DNA of 47,516 bases from the NCBI RefSeq assembly GCF_004010195.1, contig NC_057719.1, forward strand, positions 31,228,957-31,276,472, given 5' to 3'. Shown piece by piece: positions 1-13,809 of this stretch (positions within the stretch are counted from its first letter, which is position 1; every line of letters starts with the position of its first letter). The notes beneath the pieces were generated by a model. That model searched no databases and had not been told where the DNA came from. It saw nothing but the letters and a program-made list of their open reading frames with translations. This DNA comes from Chiloscyllium plagiosum. Lineage: Eukaryota. Made by a program: the position numbers and the translations under genes.

Positions 1-1215
1 AGTAAGGTGTTTGATAAGGTTCCTTATGGTAGACTAATGGAGAAAGTGAAGTCACATTGTGCCAAAAGAGAAAATGCTGGAAAATCTCAACAGGTCTGGC
101 AGCATTGTGTCGGGTATTCTAGCTAGGTGGATTAAAAAAAACTGGTTGAGCAGCAGGAGACAGTGGTAGTTGAAGGGAGTTTCTCGAAGTGGAGAAAGGT
201 GACCAGTGGTGTTCCACAGGGGTCAGTGTTGGGTCCACTGTTGTTTGTAATATACATAAATGATCTGGAAGAGGGCACTGTTGGTATGATCAGCAAGTTT
301 GCAGATGACACGAAGATTGGTGGAGTAGCAGAAAGCATAAGGGACTGTCAGAGAATACAGGCAGATATAGATAGACTGGAGAGTTGGGCTGAAAAGTGGC
401 AGATGGTTCTCAATCCAGACAAATGTGAGGTGATGTATTTAGGCAAGACTAATTCTAGAGCGAATTATACACTGAACGGAAGAGCCTTGGGAAAAGTTGA
501 TGGGCAGAGAGATCAGGGAGTGCAGGTCCATTGTACCCTGAAGGTTGCTGCACGGGTGGATGGAGTGGTCAAGAAGGTATATAGTATGCTTGCCTTCATT
601 GGACAGGGTATTGAGCATAAGAGCTGGCAAGTCATGTTAAAATTGTACAGGACATTGGTTCGGCTGCATTTAGAATACTGTATACAGTTCTGGTTGCTAC
701 ATTACCAAAAGGATGTGGACGTTTTGGAGAGGCTGCAGAGAAGGTTTACGAGGATGTTGCCTGGTATGGAAGGTGCTAGCTATGAAGAGAGGTTGAGTAG
801 GTTAGGTTTGTTTTCATTAGAAAAAAGGAGATTGAGGGGGGACCTGATTGAGGTTTACAAAATCATGAAGGATATAGACAGGATGGATAGAGACAAGCTT
901 TTTCCCAGGGTGAAGGATTCAATAACAAGAGGTCAAGCTTTCAAGGTGAGAGGTGGAAAGCTAAAGGGGGATACACACGGCAAGTACTTCATACAGAGGG
1001 TGGTGGGAGTTTGGAATGCGTTGCCAGCAGAGGTGGTAGAGGCAGGCACAATAGATTCATTTAAGATGCGTCTGGACAGATGCATGAGTAGGTGGGGAGC
1101 AGAGGGATACAGAACCTTAAGAATTGACCGACCGATTTAGAGAGTACATTTGGATAGGCTCAGGCTTGGAGGGCCGAAGTGCCTGTTCCTGGGCTGTAAA
1201 ATTTCTTTGTTCCTT
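1..1215 (+). mobile_element. CR1 LINE 3' portion with an open RT/C-terminal ORF2 segment (163-1140)
   Basis: [20 protein letters not shown] and RLRGDLIEVYK motifs in 325 uninterrupted codons, followed by a CR1-type 3' UTR and tail. Confidence 0.93.
62..102 (-). mobile_element. Tiny Penelope-derived 3' fragment inserted in the CR1
   Basis: gctggaaaatctcaacaggtctggcag resembles the reverse complement of the family A tail. Flanked by cattgtg (55-61 and 103-109). Confidence 0.55.
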
Positions 1216-1257
1216 GTAAGTTGCAATGAGGAAATAAGAACCTTATAAATGGATATG

Positions 1258-1571
1258 GATTAGATTAGATCCCTTACAGTATGGAAACAGACCCTTCACC
1301 CCAGCAAGTCCATACCGCACCTCCAAAGAGTAACCCACCCAGACCCAATCCCCTACCCTATATTTACTCCTGACTAATGCACCTAACACTACGGGCAATT
1401 TAGCTTGGCCAATTTGCCCAACCTGGATTGTGGGAGGAAACCGGAGCACCCGGACGAAACCCATAGGGAGAATGTGCAAACTCCACACAGACTGTTGCCC
1501 ATGGCAGGTATCGAACCCGGGTTCCTGGTGCTGTGAGACAGCAGTGCTAACTACTGTGCCACCGTGTCGCC
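1258..1571 (-). mobile_element. tRNA-derived V-SINE (HE1-like)
   Basis: Reverse strand shows a tRNA head (GGTGGCACAGTAGTTAGC...GGTTCGATACC), the V-domain (GTGTGGAGTTTGCACATTCTCCC...GGTTTCCTCCCAC) and a CR1-derived tail. Confidence 0.88.
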
Positions 1572-1574
1572 TCC

Positions 1575-2068
1575 GGTTAGGAGAATGGGCCTAAATGTGG
1601 TAGATGGAGTTTCACTTGGATAAGTGTGAGGTCTTGCATATTGATTGGAAAAAATGGAAAGGTGAGCTATTATCTAAATGGGGAGAGACTTTGGGGTGCT
1701 CCAATGCAGAGGGATCTGGGTGTCCTCGTTCATGAGTTACAGCGAACTAGCATGCAGGTACAGCAGGTAATAAGGCAAATGAAATGTTGGCTTTTGTAGC
1801 TAAAGGAACAGAATATAAATGTAAGGAAGTATTGTTGCAGTTAGACAAGGCATTGGTGAAACTACACCTGGAGTATTGTGGACAGGCTTGGTCCCTTGAT
1901 TTGAGGAAAGATGTAGTGGCATTGGAGGCAGTTCAGAGGAGGTTCCCTAGATCTATCCCAAAGATGAGGATTTTTCATATGAACAGAGATTGAACAGTTT
2001 AGGCCTTTACTCTCTGGAATTTAGAAGAATGAGGGGAGATCAAATTGAGGTATTCAAGATCATAAAAG
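1575..2068 (+). mobile_element. Degenerate CR1 LINE fragment
   Basis: LVKLHLEYCGQAWS...LEAVQRRF remnant of the ORF2 C-terminus. Confidence 0.85.
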
Positions 2069-2070
2069 GT

Positions 2071-3515
2071 TAGAATTGTAGCTCAGGTTGAGATTCCGGG
2101 TGTAGGTTTGCGTGCTGAGCTGGAAGGTTCATTTTCAGGCGTTTTGATACCATATTAGGTAACATCTTCAGTGAGTTCCCGGATGAAGCCTGGTGGTATA
2201 GCCCGCTTTCTGTTTATATGTTTGGGTTTCCTTATGTTGGTGATGTCATTTCCTGTTCTTTTTCTCAGGGGATGGTAAATGGGATCCAAGTTGATGTTTG
2301 CTGACAGAATTCCGGTTGGAGTGCCATGCTTCAAGGAATTCTCATACATCTCTCTGTTCGGCTCATCCTAGGATGGACGTGTTTTCCAAGTGGAAGTGGT
2401 GTCCTTCCTCATCCATATGTAAGGATACTAGTGAGAGTGGGTCATGTCTTTTTGTGACTAGTTGATATTCATGTACCCTGGTGGCTAGCTTTCTGCCTGT
2501 TTGTTCAATGTAGTGTATGTTACAGTTCTTGCACGGTATTTTGTAAATGACATTAGTTTTGCTTGTTGTCTGTATAGGATCTTTCAAGTTAATTAGCTGC
2601 TGTTTTCGTGGGTTTGTGGGCTACCATGATGCCAAAGGATCTGAGTAGTTTGGAAGTCATTTCAGAGATGTCTTTGATGTAGGGGAGAATGGCTAAGTTT
2701 TCTGGATGTGTTTTTTTCTGCTTGTTTGGGTTTGTTGCTCAGAAATCAGCAGACTGTGTTCCTTGGGTACCCGTTCTTTTTGATTGCTTCTGTAGTTCAG
2801 TATTTGGTTCAATCATCCCAACATCCACAAACCAAGCTGCATTAGAACATTATTTCAGTGAACCACCACACACTGCAGTGCAGAGGAACTATGCAGAGAA
2901 GAGGAAAATCACCTATACAGTGTATTTAAAAAGAACGAGTACCTAATAAACACAGTCCGCTGATTGCTCAGCAACAAACCCAAACAAGCAGACAAACAGC
3001 GTCCAGAAACCCTAGCCACTCTCCCCCTACATCAAAGATATCTCAGAAATGACTGCCAGACCACTAAAACAGCAGCTAATTAACTTGAAAGACCCTTTTA
3101 CAGACAACAAGCAATACTGTCATTGACAAAATACCTTGCAAGAACTGTAACAAATACTACACTGGACAAACAGGCAGAAAACTAGCCACCAGGATACATG
3201 AACATCAACTAGGCACAAAAACATTACCCATTCTGTCTAGTATCCTTTATATGGATGAGGAAGGACACCACTCCGACTGGGATAATACGTCCATCATAGG
3301 ACAAGCCACACGGAGACACACACAAGAATTCCTAGAAGCATGGCATTCGACAAACTCTACAAACACATTGACTTGGGTTCCATTTACCACCCACTGAGAA
3401 AAGAACAGGAAATTGTCACCAACCCAAGGAAACCCAAACTTAGCGCACTATATCACCAGTGCTTCATCTGGAGGCTCACTGAGCATGTTACCTAGTATGA
3501 TGATGAAACATGTCA
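2071..3515. mobile_element. Penelope-like element with two inverted arms (minus ~2071-2800, plus ~2880-3515)
   Basis: Both arms encode the GIY-YIG region (YKIPCKNCN..Y..QTGRKLATR.HE) and are reverse complements of each other. Confidence 0.9.
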
Positions 3516-5280
3516 GGCATGACCTTGACAAAGCTCTGTTGACTCAACCCTATTTTTACCATGTACTGTTCTCTCATCCTTAATAATGGATTGTAAAATT
3601 TTACCAATGACTCGGGTCAGGCTAATCAGCCTATAACTTCTGCTTCCATCTCTTTTTAACATTTTCCTCCGGGACCCTCCCTGACTCCACTGATTCATGA
3701 AAGATCATCATTAGTGTTTGCACAATCTCCTCCGTTATCCCCTTTAGAACTCTGGGGTGTAGTCAATCTGCTCTGGGTAATTTAACCACCTTCAGACCTT
3801 TCAGCTTCCCCTGCACCTTCTCAGTAATGATCACTGTATTCACCTCTGCCCCCAACGCAAGTTCTGATATGTTACTGAAGTCTTTCACCATGAAGTTCCA
3901 TAGGATCTGTTCTGTTCCTGCCAGTTTTTGTTTCCCTTTACTACTTCTCCAGCCTCATTTTCCAGTGGTCCAATTCTGTTCTTGCCTCTTTCCTTTTTAC
4001 ATGCAGCAAGGTTTTTGTTAAGCAGCACCTATGGGAACTGAAATGTGCCGGTTGATCAATAGCTTCACGTAATGTAAGAACACAGATAATAGAAATGTAG
4101 CACAGAAGGTGTACACATCGCTGTAATACTTTATTTACAACATAAATCACTTGAGTAATAATGCAACTTTTCCTCTATATAAAACTTAGCAGCGCACTCA
4201 TCTTTAACTGACTACTCAGAAATTGCTATAATACTAAACTTGCACTGTTTCAGGTATATAATTTTTGACAGTTTATGGAAAGTGCTGATCCATAAGAGAG
4301 TTAAAACAAAATTTGCTGTGTTTTTTTAAAAAAAAAGGTTCTTGCAATTGTTTTGTAATACGAGCTACCTTACTTTCCTATTTCATCTTCTTTCCCCTTG
4401 CTTTTTTTTTAGTTATCCTCTGGTTTTAAAAGCTTCCCAAACCTCTGGCTTCCCACAATTACTCACCATATTTACATTTTATTTTGCTTTTGTGCCGTGC
4501 CTAACCTCCCTTGATTGCCATGTCCTCGACATACGTTTCTTCTTCCTTGATGAATTTCTGCTGTGCCTGCCGAATTACCCCAGCAACCCCTACCATTATT
4601 GCTGTACTGTCTTCCCTTTCTCCTTTCAAACAACTCTAGTCAGCTTGTCCCTCATGTCTTTTAAGTAAAGGTAAGTATATGATACCTTTTAAATTTGATT
4701 CCAGCTTCTACATCAAACTTCAGGGTGAATTCTATCATGTTATGGTTGCTGCCCCCAAGGTGCTCCCTCACCTTAAATTCTCTAATCAAGTCTGCTTCAT
4801 TACACATCACCAAATCTAAAGTTCCCTGTTCTCCAGTGGGCTCTATCGGAGGCTGCTCAGAAAAACCATCTTGTAGACTTTCCATGAGTTCCTTCTCTTG
4901 CGATCCACTATCAACTTGATTTTCTCAGTCCATCTGCATATTGAAGTTTCCCATGATTATTGCCTTTCTGACATCCTTTTCTATCTCCTGATTTGTTTTC
5001 TACCCCACATCCTGACTACTGCTCAGGGACCTGTATATTACTACTTCCGGGACATTTTTTCCTTTGCGATTCCTCAACTCTACCCATACGATTCTACACC
5101 TTCTTACTCTATTACTTGTCGCAATTGACTTAGTACGAAGTGAAATTATCAAGATAACCTCGTCCACTCGGTCCATCTGCCTGTTATTTCGATAAGAAAT
5201 GTACCCTTGGATGTTTAATTCTGGACTCTGTCCCCCTTGTAGCCACCTCTCCTGATACCCACAACATTGTACCTGCCAGT
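3515..5280 (-). mobile_element. Old CR1 LINE (RT and endonuclease regions), interrupted by an AT-rich segment at ~4010-4335
   Basis: YRLISLTRVIGKILQSIIKD and LDLVMCNEADLI...EHLGGSNHNMIEF on the minus strand. Confidence 0.8.
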
Positions 5281-5289
5281 TTCAATCTG

Positions 5290-6300
5290 CTGAACCGAAA
5301 CTCCTCAATGTTGAATACCAGTTGGAGGAAGCCATGAGAGTAGTAAGGGCACAGGATATACTCTGCATGAGGGACTTCAATGTCCAACATGAAGAGAGAA
5401 TCTGTGGCATTGGTAAAGAGCCAAACAGATGCTGAACTGGGTCTGTGGCAAGTGGCGAGGGAACCAATGAAGGAAAGATTTACTTGACTGCATCCTTGCC
5501 AGGCATACCTGTTCAAATGCTTCTGTCCATGACCGTAACTATAAGAGTGACTACAGCATAGTATTTGTGGAAACAAAGCTTGTTTTCCAGTACCATTTTG
5601 TTGTGTGACACTATACCATTGTGCTAAATGCCACAGACTTGCAAAAACTTCTGTGAGGTGCTGTGGGCCATCAGAAATTGAATTTGATTGAACATGTAAT
5701 GTCCTGGCCAACATATTTTCTAGTCTACCTCTCTTATCAAGCCAGGAGTTCAAACCTGTTTCAATGAAGTGTTTGAGAGGGCATACCTAAAAAGTAGGTG
5801 CCAACATACAACGTGGGATTGATTGCATGCCAAACAATAGGAACAGCGTGCACTCAACAGGATTAAGCAATCTCCCAACAAATGGATTAGATCCAAGCTC
5901 TGCAGGCCTCCCGTATCCAGTTGTAAATGGTGGTGGACAATTAAACAACAAACAAGACATGGAGACTCCACAGATCTATCAATCCTCAATTCTAGGGGTA
6001 CCAGCAGATAGGTGCAAAACACAAGACTGAAGTACTTGCATTTTTCAGCCAGAGTGCCATGTGGATGGTGTAGCTCTGCCTCTTCCTGCGATCCCAATCG
6101 TTACAGATGCCAGGCTTCAACTAATTCAATTCACTCCATGTGAAATCAAGAAATGGTTGAAGTCCCTGGAGACTACAAAGGCTTTTAAGCACTGACAACA
6201 TTCCAGCAGTAATACTGAAGCACATACTCTAGGACTGGCTGTGCCTGTGCCAAGGTTTTCCAGAAATCTGCAATGCTGGCATTTACTGACTGCTACTGGT
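5290..6300 (+). mobile_element. Old L2/CR1-group LINE fragment (endonuclease to RT N-terminus)
   Basis: Degenerate LEEA.R...GDFNV AP-endonuclease motif. Same family as ~36400-39665. Confidence 0.65.
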
Positions 6301-7269
6301 TGCTAAGTAGTTTCACTTATTTGGGTCAGTGTCAGATGTTAGCAATGGTGCCTGTCCTGTCAGTGTCCATAAACAGCCTTGCTGGCATTTTCGTCCGTGA
6401 TTCAGTATTCAAGTACTATTGCCACATCAGGTATCCCTCGTATTTTACCAGAAACTGTTCACTTTCCAGGGTCAAGCAGAAGGTCAAAGTACTTCTGAAG
6501 CCTTTGGCAGTCAGTTTGAGGAATTGAATGAAGTATATTTAAGGGAGTGGTGGGATCTGGTATATAGTGGCTTCTAAGTTTCTGCATTAGGCATCCCAGT
6601 TGCCCTGCCAAGGACTTTGGCAATGTTTTGGCTTTCAGTTTATGGATAGTTGCTCATTAACAATGTTGTGAGGCTTGGGTGATGTTGGAATAGGCAAAGA
6701 TGGTCAACACAGCTATTGTTGCTGTGAGTCAGGAATGGTCCTCAGACCTTCCAAATGTATGACTACAGGCTCCTTTTGTATCATACTCAAGTTTTTGGTT
6801 ATATTGGTGCTGATGTCTTTGAAGTTATCAATGTAGATAGATGTGCTTCAAATTGTAACACAATGTTAGGCCATAATTCATTTGATAGCTTGTAGACATT
6901 TGTAATGGTCAACTTGTATCTATTGGTGGAGACAGGGTAGGAGTCATCTGGTTTTTTTTAAAATTTCTTCAATATCTTTGAAGCATTTTTTTGGGTGTGG
7001 TTAGACAATATGTATTTTTTTCTTTATGGTGAGTTAGTATGAGATTGTGGGCTTGATAGCAGGAGTAGCCTGCATGGTGGGTTTGCTGCCAGAAGGCGAA
7101 GTCCTTAACACTTTGCCCAGAAGAGGCCTTCGTTGTTAAGAAGGTACATTCTTGCCAGTCCCAGTTCTTAACTTTTACTAAGATATGTTTTAACTACTGA
7201 GAAGTGACTGGCATTTGGTTATTTTCTTTCCAGCATCAGTTCCTAACTGTTGAAGTTGGAAAGTTTACG

Positions 7270-8335
7270 CCAGAGAAGCTCCACTTGACTGGTTTCTTAA
7301 GATGAGGAGGTCATTGAAAAAAGATTGGGCTTTTTTATACTCATTAGAATTTAGAAGAATGAGGTGATCTTTGTGAACTTTATAGGGTATCTTAGTGGAG
7401 GCCTGAGAGGGTGTTCTAAGGCGATTTTTTTTTTTTTCTTGTGGGTAGTCTAGAACTGAGGAATACTGTTTTGAAATAAAATAGTGATAGAACATTACAG
7501 TGCAGTACCGGCCTTTCAGCCCTCTGTTGCACTGACGTGTAGAGCCAATCTGAAGCCCATCTACCCTACGCTCCTTCCATTCTCGTTGATATGCCTATCC
7601 AATGATCATTTAAATTCCCTTTAAAGTTGGTGAGTCTGCTACTATTGCAGGCAGTGCATTCCACACCCATACTACTGAGTAAAGAAACTACCTCTGACAT
7701 CTGTCCTAGATCTATCACCCCTCAATTTAAAGCTACATCCCCTCGTGCTAGGCATCGCCATTAGAGGAAAAAGGCGCTCATTGTTCAACCTATCTAACCT
7801 TCTGATCATCTTACGTCTCAATTAAGTCACCTTTCAACCTTCTCTCGAATGAAAACAGCCTCCAGTCTCTCAGCCTTTCTTCGTAAGACCATCCCTCCAT
7901 AGCAGGCAGCATCCTAGTAAATCTCTGAACCCTTTCCAAAGCTTCCACATCCTTCCTATAATGCGGTGACTAGATTGGTGCAGCCACTTTTGGAGTACTG
8001 CATACAGAGTTTTGTACAACTGCAACATGACCTCATGGTTCTGAAACTCGATCCCTCTACCAGCAAAAGCTAACACCATATGCCTTCTTAACAACCTTAT
8101 CAATCTGGGTAGCAACTTTCAGAGATCTATGTACCTGCACACAAAGATCTCTCTGCTCATCTACACTTCCAAGAATGATGACATAAATATCAAAGGCACG
8201 GCAATCTCCTCCCTGGCTTCCCAGAGGATCCTAGGATAAAGTCCATCCGGCCCAGGGGACTTACCTATTTTTTACACTTTGCAGATTTCCTAACACCACC
8301 ACCTTATGCACATCAATCCCATCTAATCTAGTAGC
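7270..8335. mobile_element. CR1 fragments (plus ~7270-7480, minus ~7485-8335)
   Basis: The minus copy has a CR1 3' tail at ~7490 and VLAFAGRGIEFQNHEVMLQLYKTL. Confidence 0.82.
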
Positions 8336-9039
8336 ATGATCTCCCAGTTTTGAAATGGAAAGAATTTTGAGTTAATCTGTGGAACTATCCATTTATAGTG
8401 ACTAAATTTTATACGCATTTTGAATTGTGCTGTTTGGATGTGTTATTGCACACCTCCATAGCAGTTAGGGCTTGAACGTGGACTTTCTGGCCTAAAGACA
8501 GGGCCGTTAATACTGTACCACAGAAGTCCTTGACTCACTTCCTCCCCGGTCGTGCTGCTCGCTTGATTGAATTTCAGCAGTCAAAACATTGGAGTACTTT
8601 ATTCTGCTGTCCAACATACTGCAGATTGCATTACTCTCCCAATTCTTTATTATTTCCTTTTAAACAAGCAGTGCATGGAAAGATTTCTGATTAGATCTGC
8701 TATGTGGCATGAAGTTGTCTAATGTGCTATGTCAAATTTCTTAGTAAGGGAGCATACTTGTGTCAAATAAAATATATCTTTTTAAAGCTGAATGGCAGGT
8801 GGTGTGGTTTATGCAAACTTGTATAATTCAAATAACAGCACCAGCTCCAGTCATCTTGTACCAAAAGGCTTTCGTACACATTTGAATGACCTTTGTGCTC
8901 CCACTATTCTGTGCACCTCGGCCACAATGTCTAGCTTGTTTATTTTAGCAGGTTCAAGGTTTTAGACCATAGTTGTTTAAGACTGGAAGTCCTAAATCTA
9001 AATAAAGGAAACCATGATAAGATGTATGAGCTGGCTACA

Positions 9040-10885
9040 ATAAATTAAAGAAAGTTACTTAAAGGGATAGGCAATTGCAAGCATGTAAAATGCATGTAGG
9101 AAGCGTAACAATTGTTTATTTCTATCAGCGCAAGAAAAATGGCCCAACCGTGGCTACCAAGCAAAATGAGGCATACTATTAGATCCAAAGAAGGAGCTGA
9201 CAAAGTGACCAAACAAAGCAGCAAACCAGCAACCAAGGACAAGAGGATAGATTAAGAGGTGGAAAATAGAGTATTTGTATGCTTGCAGGGAATATGTCGA
9301 TAGAAGCTTTTACAATAATGAAGAGAACAAGATTACTGAAGACAAATGTCGACCCCTTACTGTCAGAAATCGAGCAAGTTATAATGGGGAGCAAAGAGAT
9401 GAGCCTAATTAAATGCATATTTTCATTTCCTTTTCAGGGAGGAGACATAACTTCACAAAAATGTTGGGAATGTAGGGTCTTGTGAAAGGGAGGAACTGTA
9501 GGAAATCAGTGTTGGGAGAAGTTTGGCTTAAAGGCTGATTAACTCCCTAGGGCCCAATGATCCCCATCTAGAGTACTGGAAGAAATGGCCCTAGAAATAG
9601 TATGGATGCTTTGAATCTTTCAAAATTTTATAGACTGTGGAACAGTTCTTACAGCTACCCTTGAAGCTGTAATGTAACTCCACTTTTTTGTTTCTAAAAC
9701 AAAAAGGAAGAGAAAACAGGGAATACAGACCAATTAAGATTGACATCAGTGGTAAGGAAAATGCTGGAGTTCATTATAAAAGATTTACTAGCCGTCCGCT
9801 TGGAAAGCAGTAACAGGACTGGACAATCAGCATGGATTTATAAAAGAGAATTTTGAGGCTCTAATTAGTAGAATTGATTAAAGGGAAGCCAGTGGTTGCG
9901 GTTTACTTAGCCTTTCAGAAGGCTTTCGGTTAAGGTCCCTCATAAGAGATTAGCATGTAAAGTTAAAGCTCTGGTTTGGGTTACTGTACTGATGTGGATA
10001 GAAAACTAGTTGAAAGACAGGAAACAGTAGAAATAAATGGATCACTTTCTCAGTGGCAGGCAGCGACTAGTAGGGTACCACAGCAATTAGTGCTTGGGAC
10101 CCCAGCTATTCACTATATATTGATGATTTTAGATGTGGGAACGAAATGTAATATCTCTCAAGTTTGCAGGGAGGCACAAGGCTGTATTGGGAGGTTTAAG
10201 TGAGGAGGATGCAGACACACTTAACTGTGATTTGGGTAAGTTTTAATGAGTATAATGGTAGATGAAATATCTGGATGAATGATATTAACCACTTTGGTAA
10301 CAAAAACAGGAAAGCAGATTATTATCTGTCAATAAATTGGGCAAAGGGGAGGTGTAGTAAGACCTGGGTGTCCTTGTACACCAGTAGCTGAAAGTAAGCA
10401 TGCAGGTATAGCAGGTGGTGAAGAAGGCAAATTGTATCTTGACTCTCCGAATGGGATGTTTCAAATGGAGCAGCAATGATGTCTCACTGCAATTGTTCAG
10501 AACCTTGGTGGGAACACAGAGAATATTTACAGTTTTCTTCCTTTTATCTGAGGGAAAAATGTTTTGGCTTTGAAGACGGTGTGGCAAGTTTAGCAAACTG
10601 GTTTTTGGGGTGGCAGGACTGATATAGGAAGAGGGAGACCAGTTAGGACTTTATTTATTGGAGTTTAGGAGAATGAGGGGGATCTCTTAGAAACCTATAA
10701 GTGCTTTATGGGACTATATATGTAAGTGCAGGAAAGATGATCCTTAAAACCAGACAGTCCAGAACAGGGGTCACAGTCTAAGGATATGCTTTAGACTGTT
10801 CAAGGCTGCAATGAGGAATATCTTCACCCAGAAGGTGGTGAGTCTGTGGTATTCTGTCACAGAAAGCAGTTGAGGCCAAGACATT
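9040..10885 (+). mobile_element. Old CR1 LINE
   Basis: Frameshifted RT remnants (YRPI.LTSVV, QHGF, VYL.FQKAF) through the C-terminal region. Confidence 0.8.
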
Positions 10886-10887
10886 AC

Positions 10888-13032
10888 CCATAGTCATACA
10901 GCTGTAATCCATGGAAACAGATCCTTCAATACAATCTGTCCATGCTGATCAGATATCCTAAATTAATCTAGTCCCATTAGCCAGTATTTAGCCCATATTC
11001 CTCAATCCTTCCTACTCATAGAGCCATCGAAGTGCCTCTGGCAGCTTCCTCCGGCAGCTCATTCCAGATACGTACCACCCTCTGCATGAAGAAGTTGCTC
11101 CCTCGGTTCCCTTCAAATCTTACCCCTCTCACCTTAAACCTATGCCCTCTAGTTTTGGACTCCCCCACCCTGAGGAAAAGACCTTTTGCTATTCGATCCA
11201 TGGTCCTGATTTTTATAAACCTCTATAAGGGCACCCCTCAGCAACCGATGCTGCAGGGAAAAATAGCCCCAGCCTATTTAGCCTCTTCTTATAGCTCAAA
11301 CCCTCCAACTCTGGCAATATCCTTAAATCTTTTCTGAACCTTTTCAAATTTCACAACATCCTTCCTAAAGCAGGGATACCAGAATTGGACAAGTATTCCA
11401 AAAAGTGGCCTTGTATAGGTGCAATGTGACCTTCCAACTCCTATACTCAATGCACCGACCAATAAAGCATACCAAATGCTGCCTTCACTGTCCTGTTGAC
11501 CTGGGACTCTACTTTCATGGAGCTATGAACCTGTACTCCAGGGTCTCCTGGATCTTGTTTTGGGAAATGAGCCCAGCTAGCTGAGAGAAATTTCGGTGGG
11601 AGAACATTTCAGGAGTAGTGACCATCATAATGAGAGTTTTCAGATGTTTCTGGATCTAGATAACAGCAGTCCTCTGGTGAAGGTATTAACTTGGCGGAAG
11701 GCGAACAACGACAATATTAGGCAGCCTGACATCTGTGGTGGGCAAGTTGTTGGAGGGAATCCTGAGGGACAGGATGTACATGTATTTGGCAAGGCATAGT
11801 CAGCATGGCTTTGTCCGTGGGAAATCATCTTTCACCTACTTGATTGAGTTTTTGAAGACTTAACAAAGAGGGTAGAGCGTTGATGTGATCTGTATGGACT
11901 TCAGTAAGGCATTTGACAAGGTTAGCAAAGTTAGATCTCATGGCATACAAGGAGGACAAGCTATTTGAATACAGAACTGGTTCAAAGGTAGATACCTTGG
12001 GTGGTGGTGGAGGGTTGTTTTTCAGACTGGAGGCCTGTGACCAGTGGAGTGCCATTAGGATCAGTAGTGGGTCCACTACTTTTGGTCATTTACATAAATG
12101 ATTTGGATGTAAACACAGGAGATATAGTTAATAAGTTTGCAGATGACACCAAAATTGGAGATATAGTGGACAGTGAAGAAGGCTATCTCGAGAGTACAAC
12201 GGGATCTTGATCAGATGGGCCAATGGTCTGAGGAGTGGCAGGTGGTGATTAATTTAGATAAATGTGAGGTTCTGTATTTTGGAAAAGCAAATCAGAATAT
12301 CAGAATAGAACTTGTACACTTAATGATAGAGTCCTCTGTAGTGTTGCTGTACGAAGAGACCTTGGGAGTGCAAGTCCATTATTCCTTGAAAGTAGAGCCT
12401 CCGGTAGGATAGTGAAGATGGCGTTTAGTGTGCTTTCCTTTATTGGTGAGAGCATTGAGTATAGGAGGTAATGTTGCAGCTATAAAGGACATTGGTTCGG
12501 CCACTTTTGGAATATTGCGTGCAGTTCTGGACTCCTTCCTATTGGAAGTTCAGAAAAGATTTGCAAGGATGTTGCCAGGGTTGGAGGGTTTGAGCTATCC
12601 AGAGAGGCTGAAAAAGCTGGGGCTGTTTTCCCTGTAGCATTAGAGGTTGAGGGGTGACCTTATCCATGCCCCTTATGATTTTATAAACCTCTAAGATAAA
12701 TAGACAAGGTTTTTCCCTTGGGTTGGAGAGTCCAGAGCTAGAGAGGTATAGGTTTGGGGTATGAAGGGAAAGATATAAAAGGGACCCAAGGGGCAACTAT
12801 TTGACCCAGAGGGTGGTGTGTGTATAGAATGAGCTGCCAGAGGAAGTGGTGGAGACTGGTACAATTACAGCATTTAAAAGACATCTGGATGAGTACATGA
12901 ATAGGAAGGGTTTAGAGGGATATGGGCCAAGTGCTGGCAAATGGGACTAGATTAGTTTAGGATATCTGGTCAGCATGGATGAGTTGGACTGAAGGGTCTG
13001 TTTGCATGCTGTATATCTCAACGACTCTATGA
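10888..13032. mobile_element. Divergent CR1 pair (minus ~10888-11545, plus ~11548-13032)
   Basis: Both copies end in the (ctatga)n CR1 tail. The plus copy has [14 protein letters not shown]. Confidence 0.85.
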
Positions 13033-13809
13033 CCTGAAGAATGTTGATTGAAGGCAGTTGTTTGACAATAAATCTACATCAGAAGTGAGAATATTATCAA
13101 ACAGTAGTTGATAAGAGTTCAGGAATGGTATATTCCTGTGAGATTGAAGGGTAGATATGGCAAGTGATGTCAACCTTGAATGACCAGGGATGTCATAATC
13201 TTTTCAAAAAGGAAAATGAAGCATACTTCAGGTTTAGGAGCATGGGAACTGACAAAACCCTTGAGGTATAAAAGGAAAGTAAGAAAGAACTTAAACAAGG
13301 AATTAGAAGGGCTAAAAGGGGTCATGAAAAGTCATTAGCAAACAGGATTAAGGAGAATCCTAAAGCTGCTTATATGTATATTTAAAAAAAAAAGGTAACC
13401 AGGAAAGGGGCAGCCCATTCAAAGACAAAGGAGCAAATCTGTTGAAGCTAGAAGAGGTAGGTGAGGACCTAAACATTGTGTTGGAATTCACCAAAGAGAA
13501 GGAATTGGTCGAGGATGATCTCTGGGAGTATAGAGTTTCTAAGCCAAATTGTTATTAAAAAGGAAGACGTGTTATGAGTCTTAAAACATCTTAATGTAGA
13601 TAAGTCCTCAGGACCTGATGAACCTACCCCAGAATATTGAGGGAGGTAAGAGAACAAATTACTGGAAAATTTTGCAGACATCTTTGTATCCTCTTTGGCC
13701 ACAGCTAAGGTCCCAGAGGACTGGAGAATAGCCAGCGTTGTCCCATTGTTTAAGAAGGGCAACAGGGATAATAGTGTTAGAAATCACACACCAGGTTATA
13801 GTCCAACAG

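Noticed and set aside
163..1140. RT ORF as a retron, DGR or host gene
   Set aside because: The motifs and 3' tail are standard CR1 ORF2, and many decayed siblings occur in the window.
6350..7265. Possible minus-strand LINE of another clade
   Set aside because: It looks like decayed coding sequence, but I could not read a diagnostic motif.
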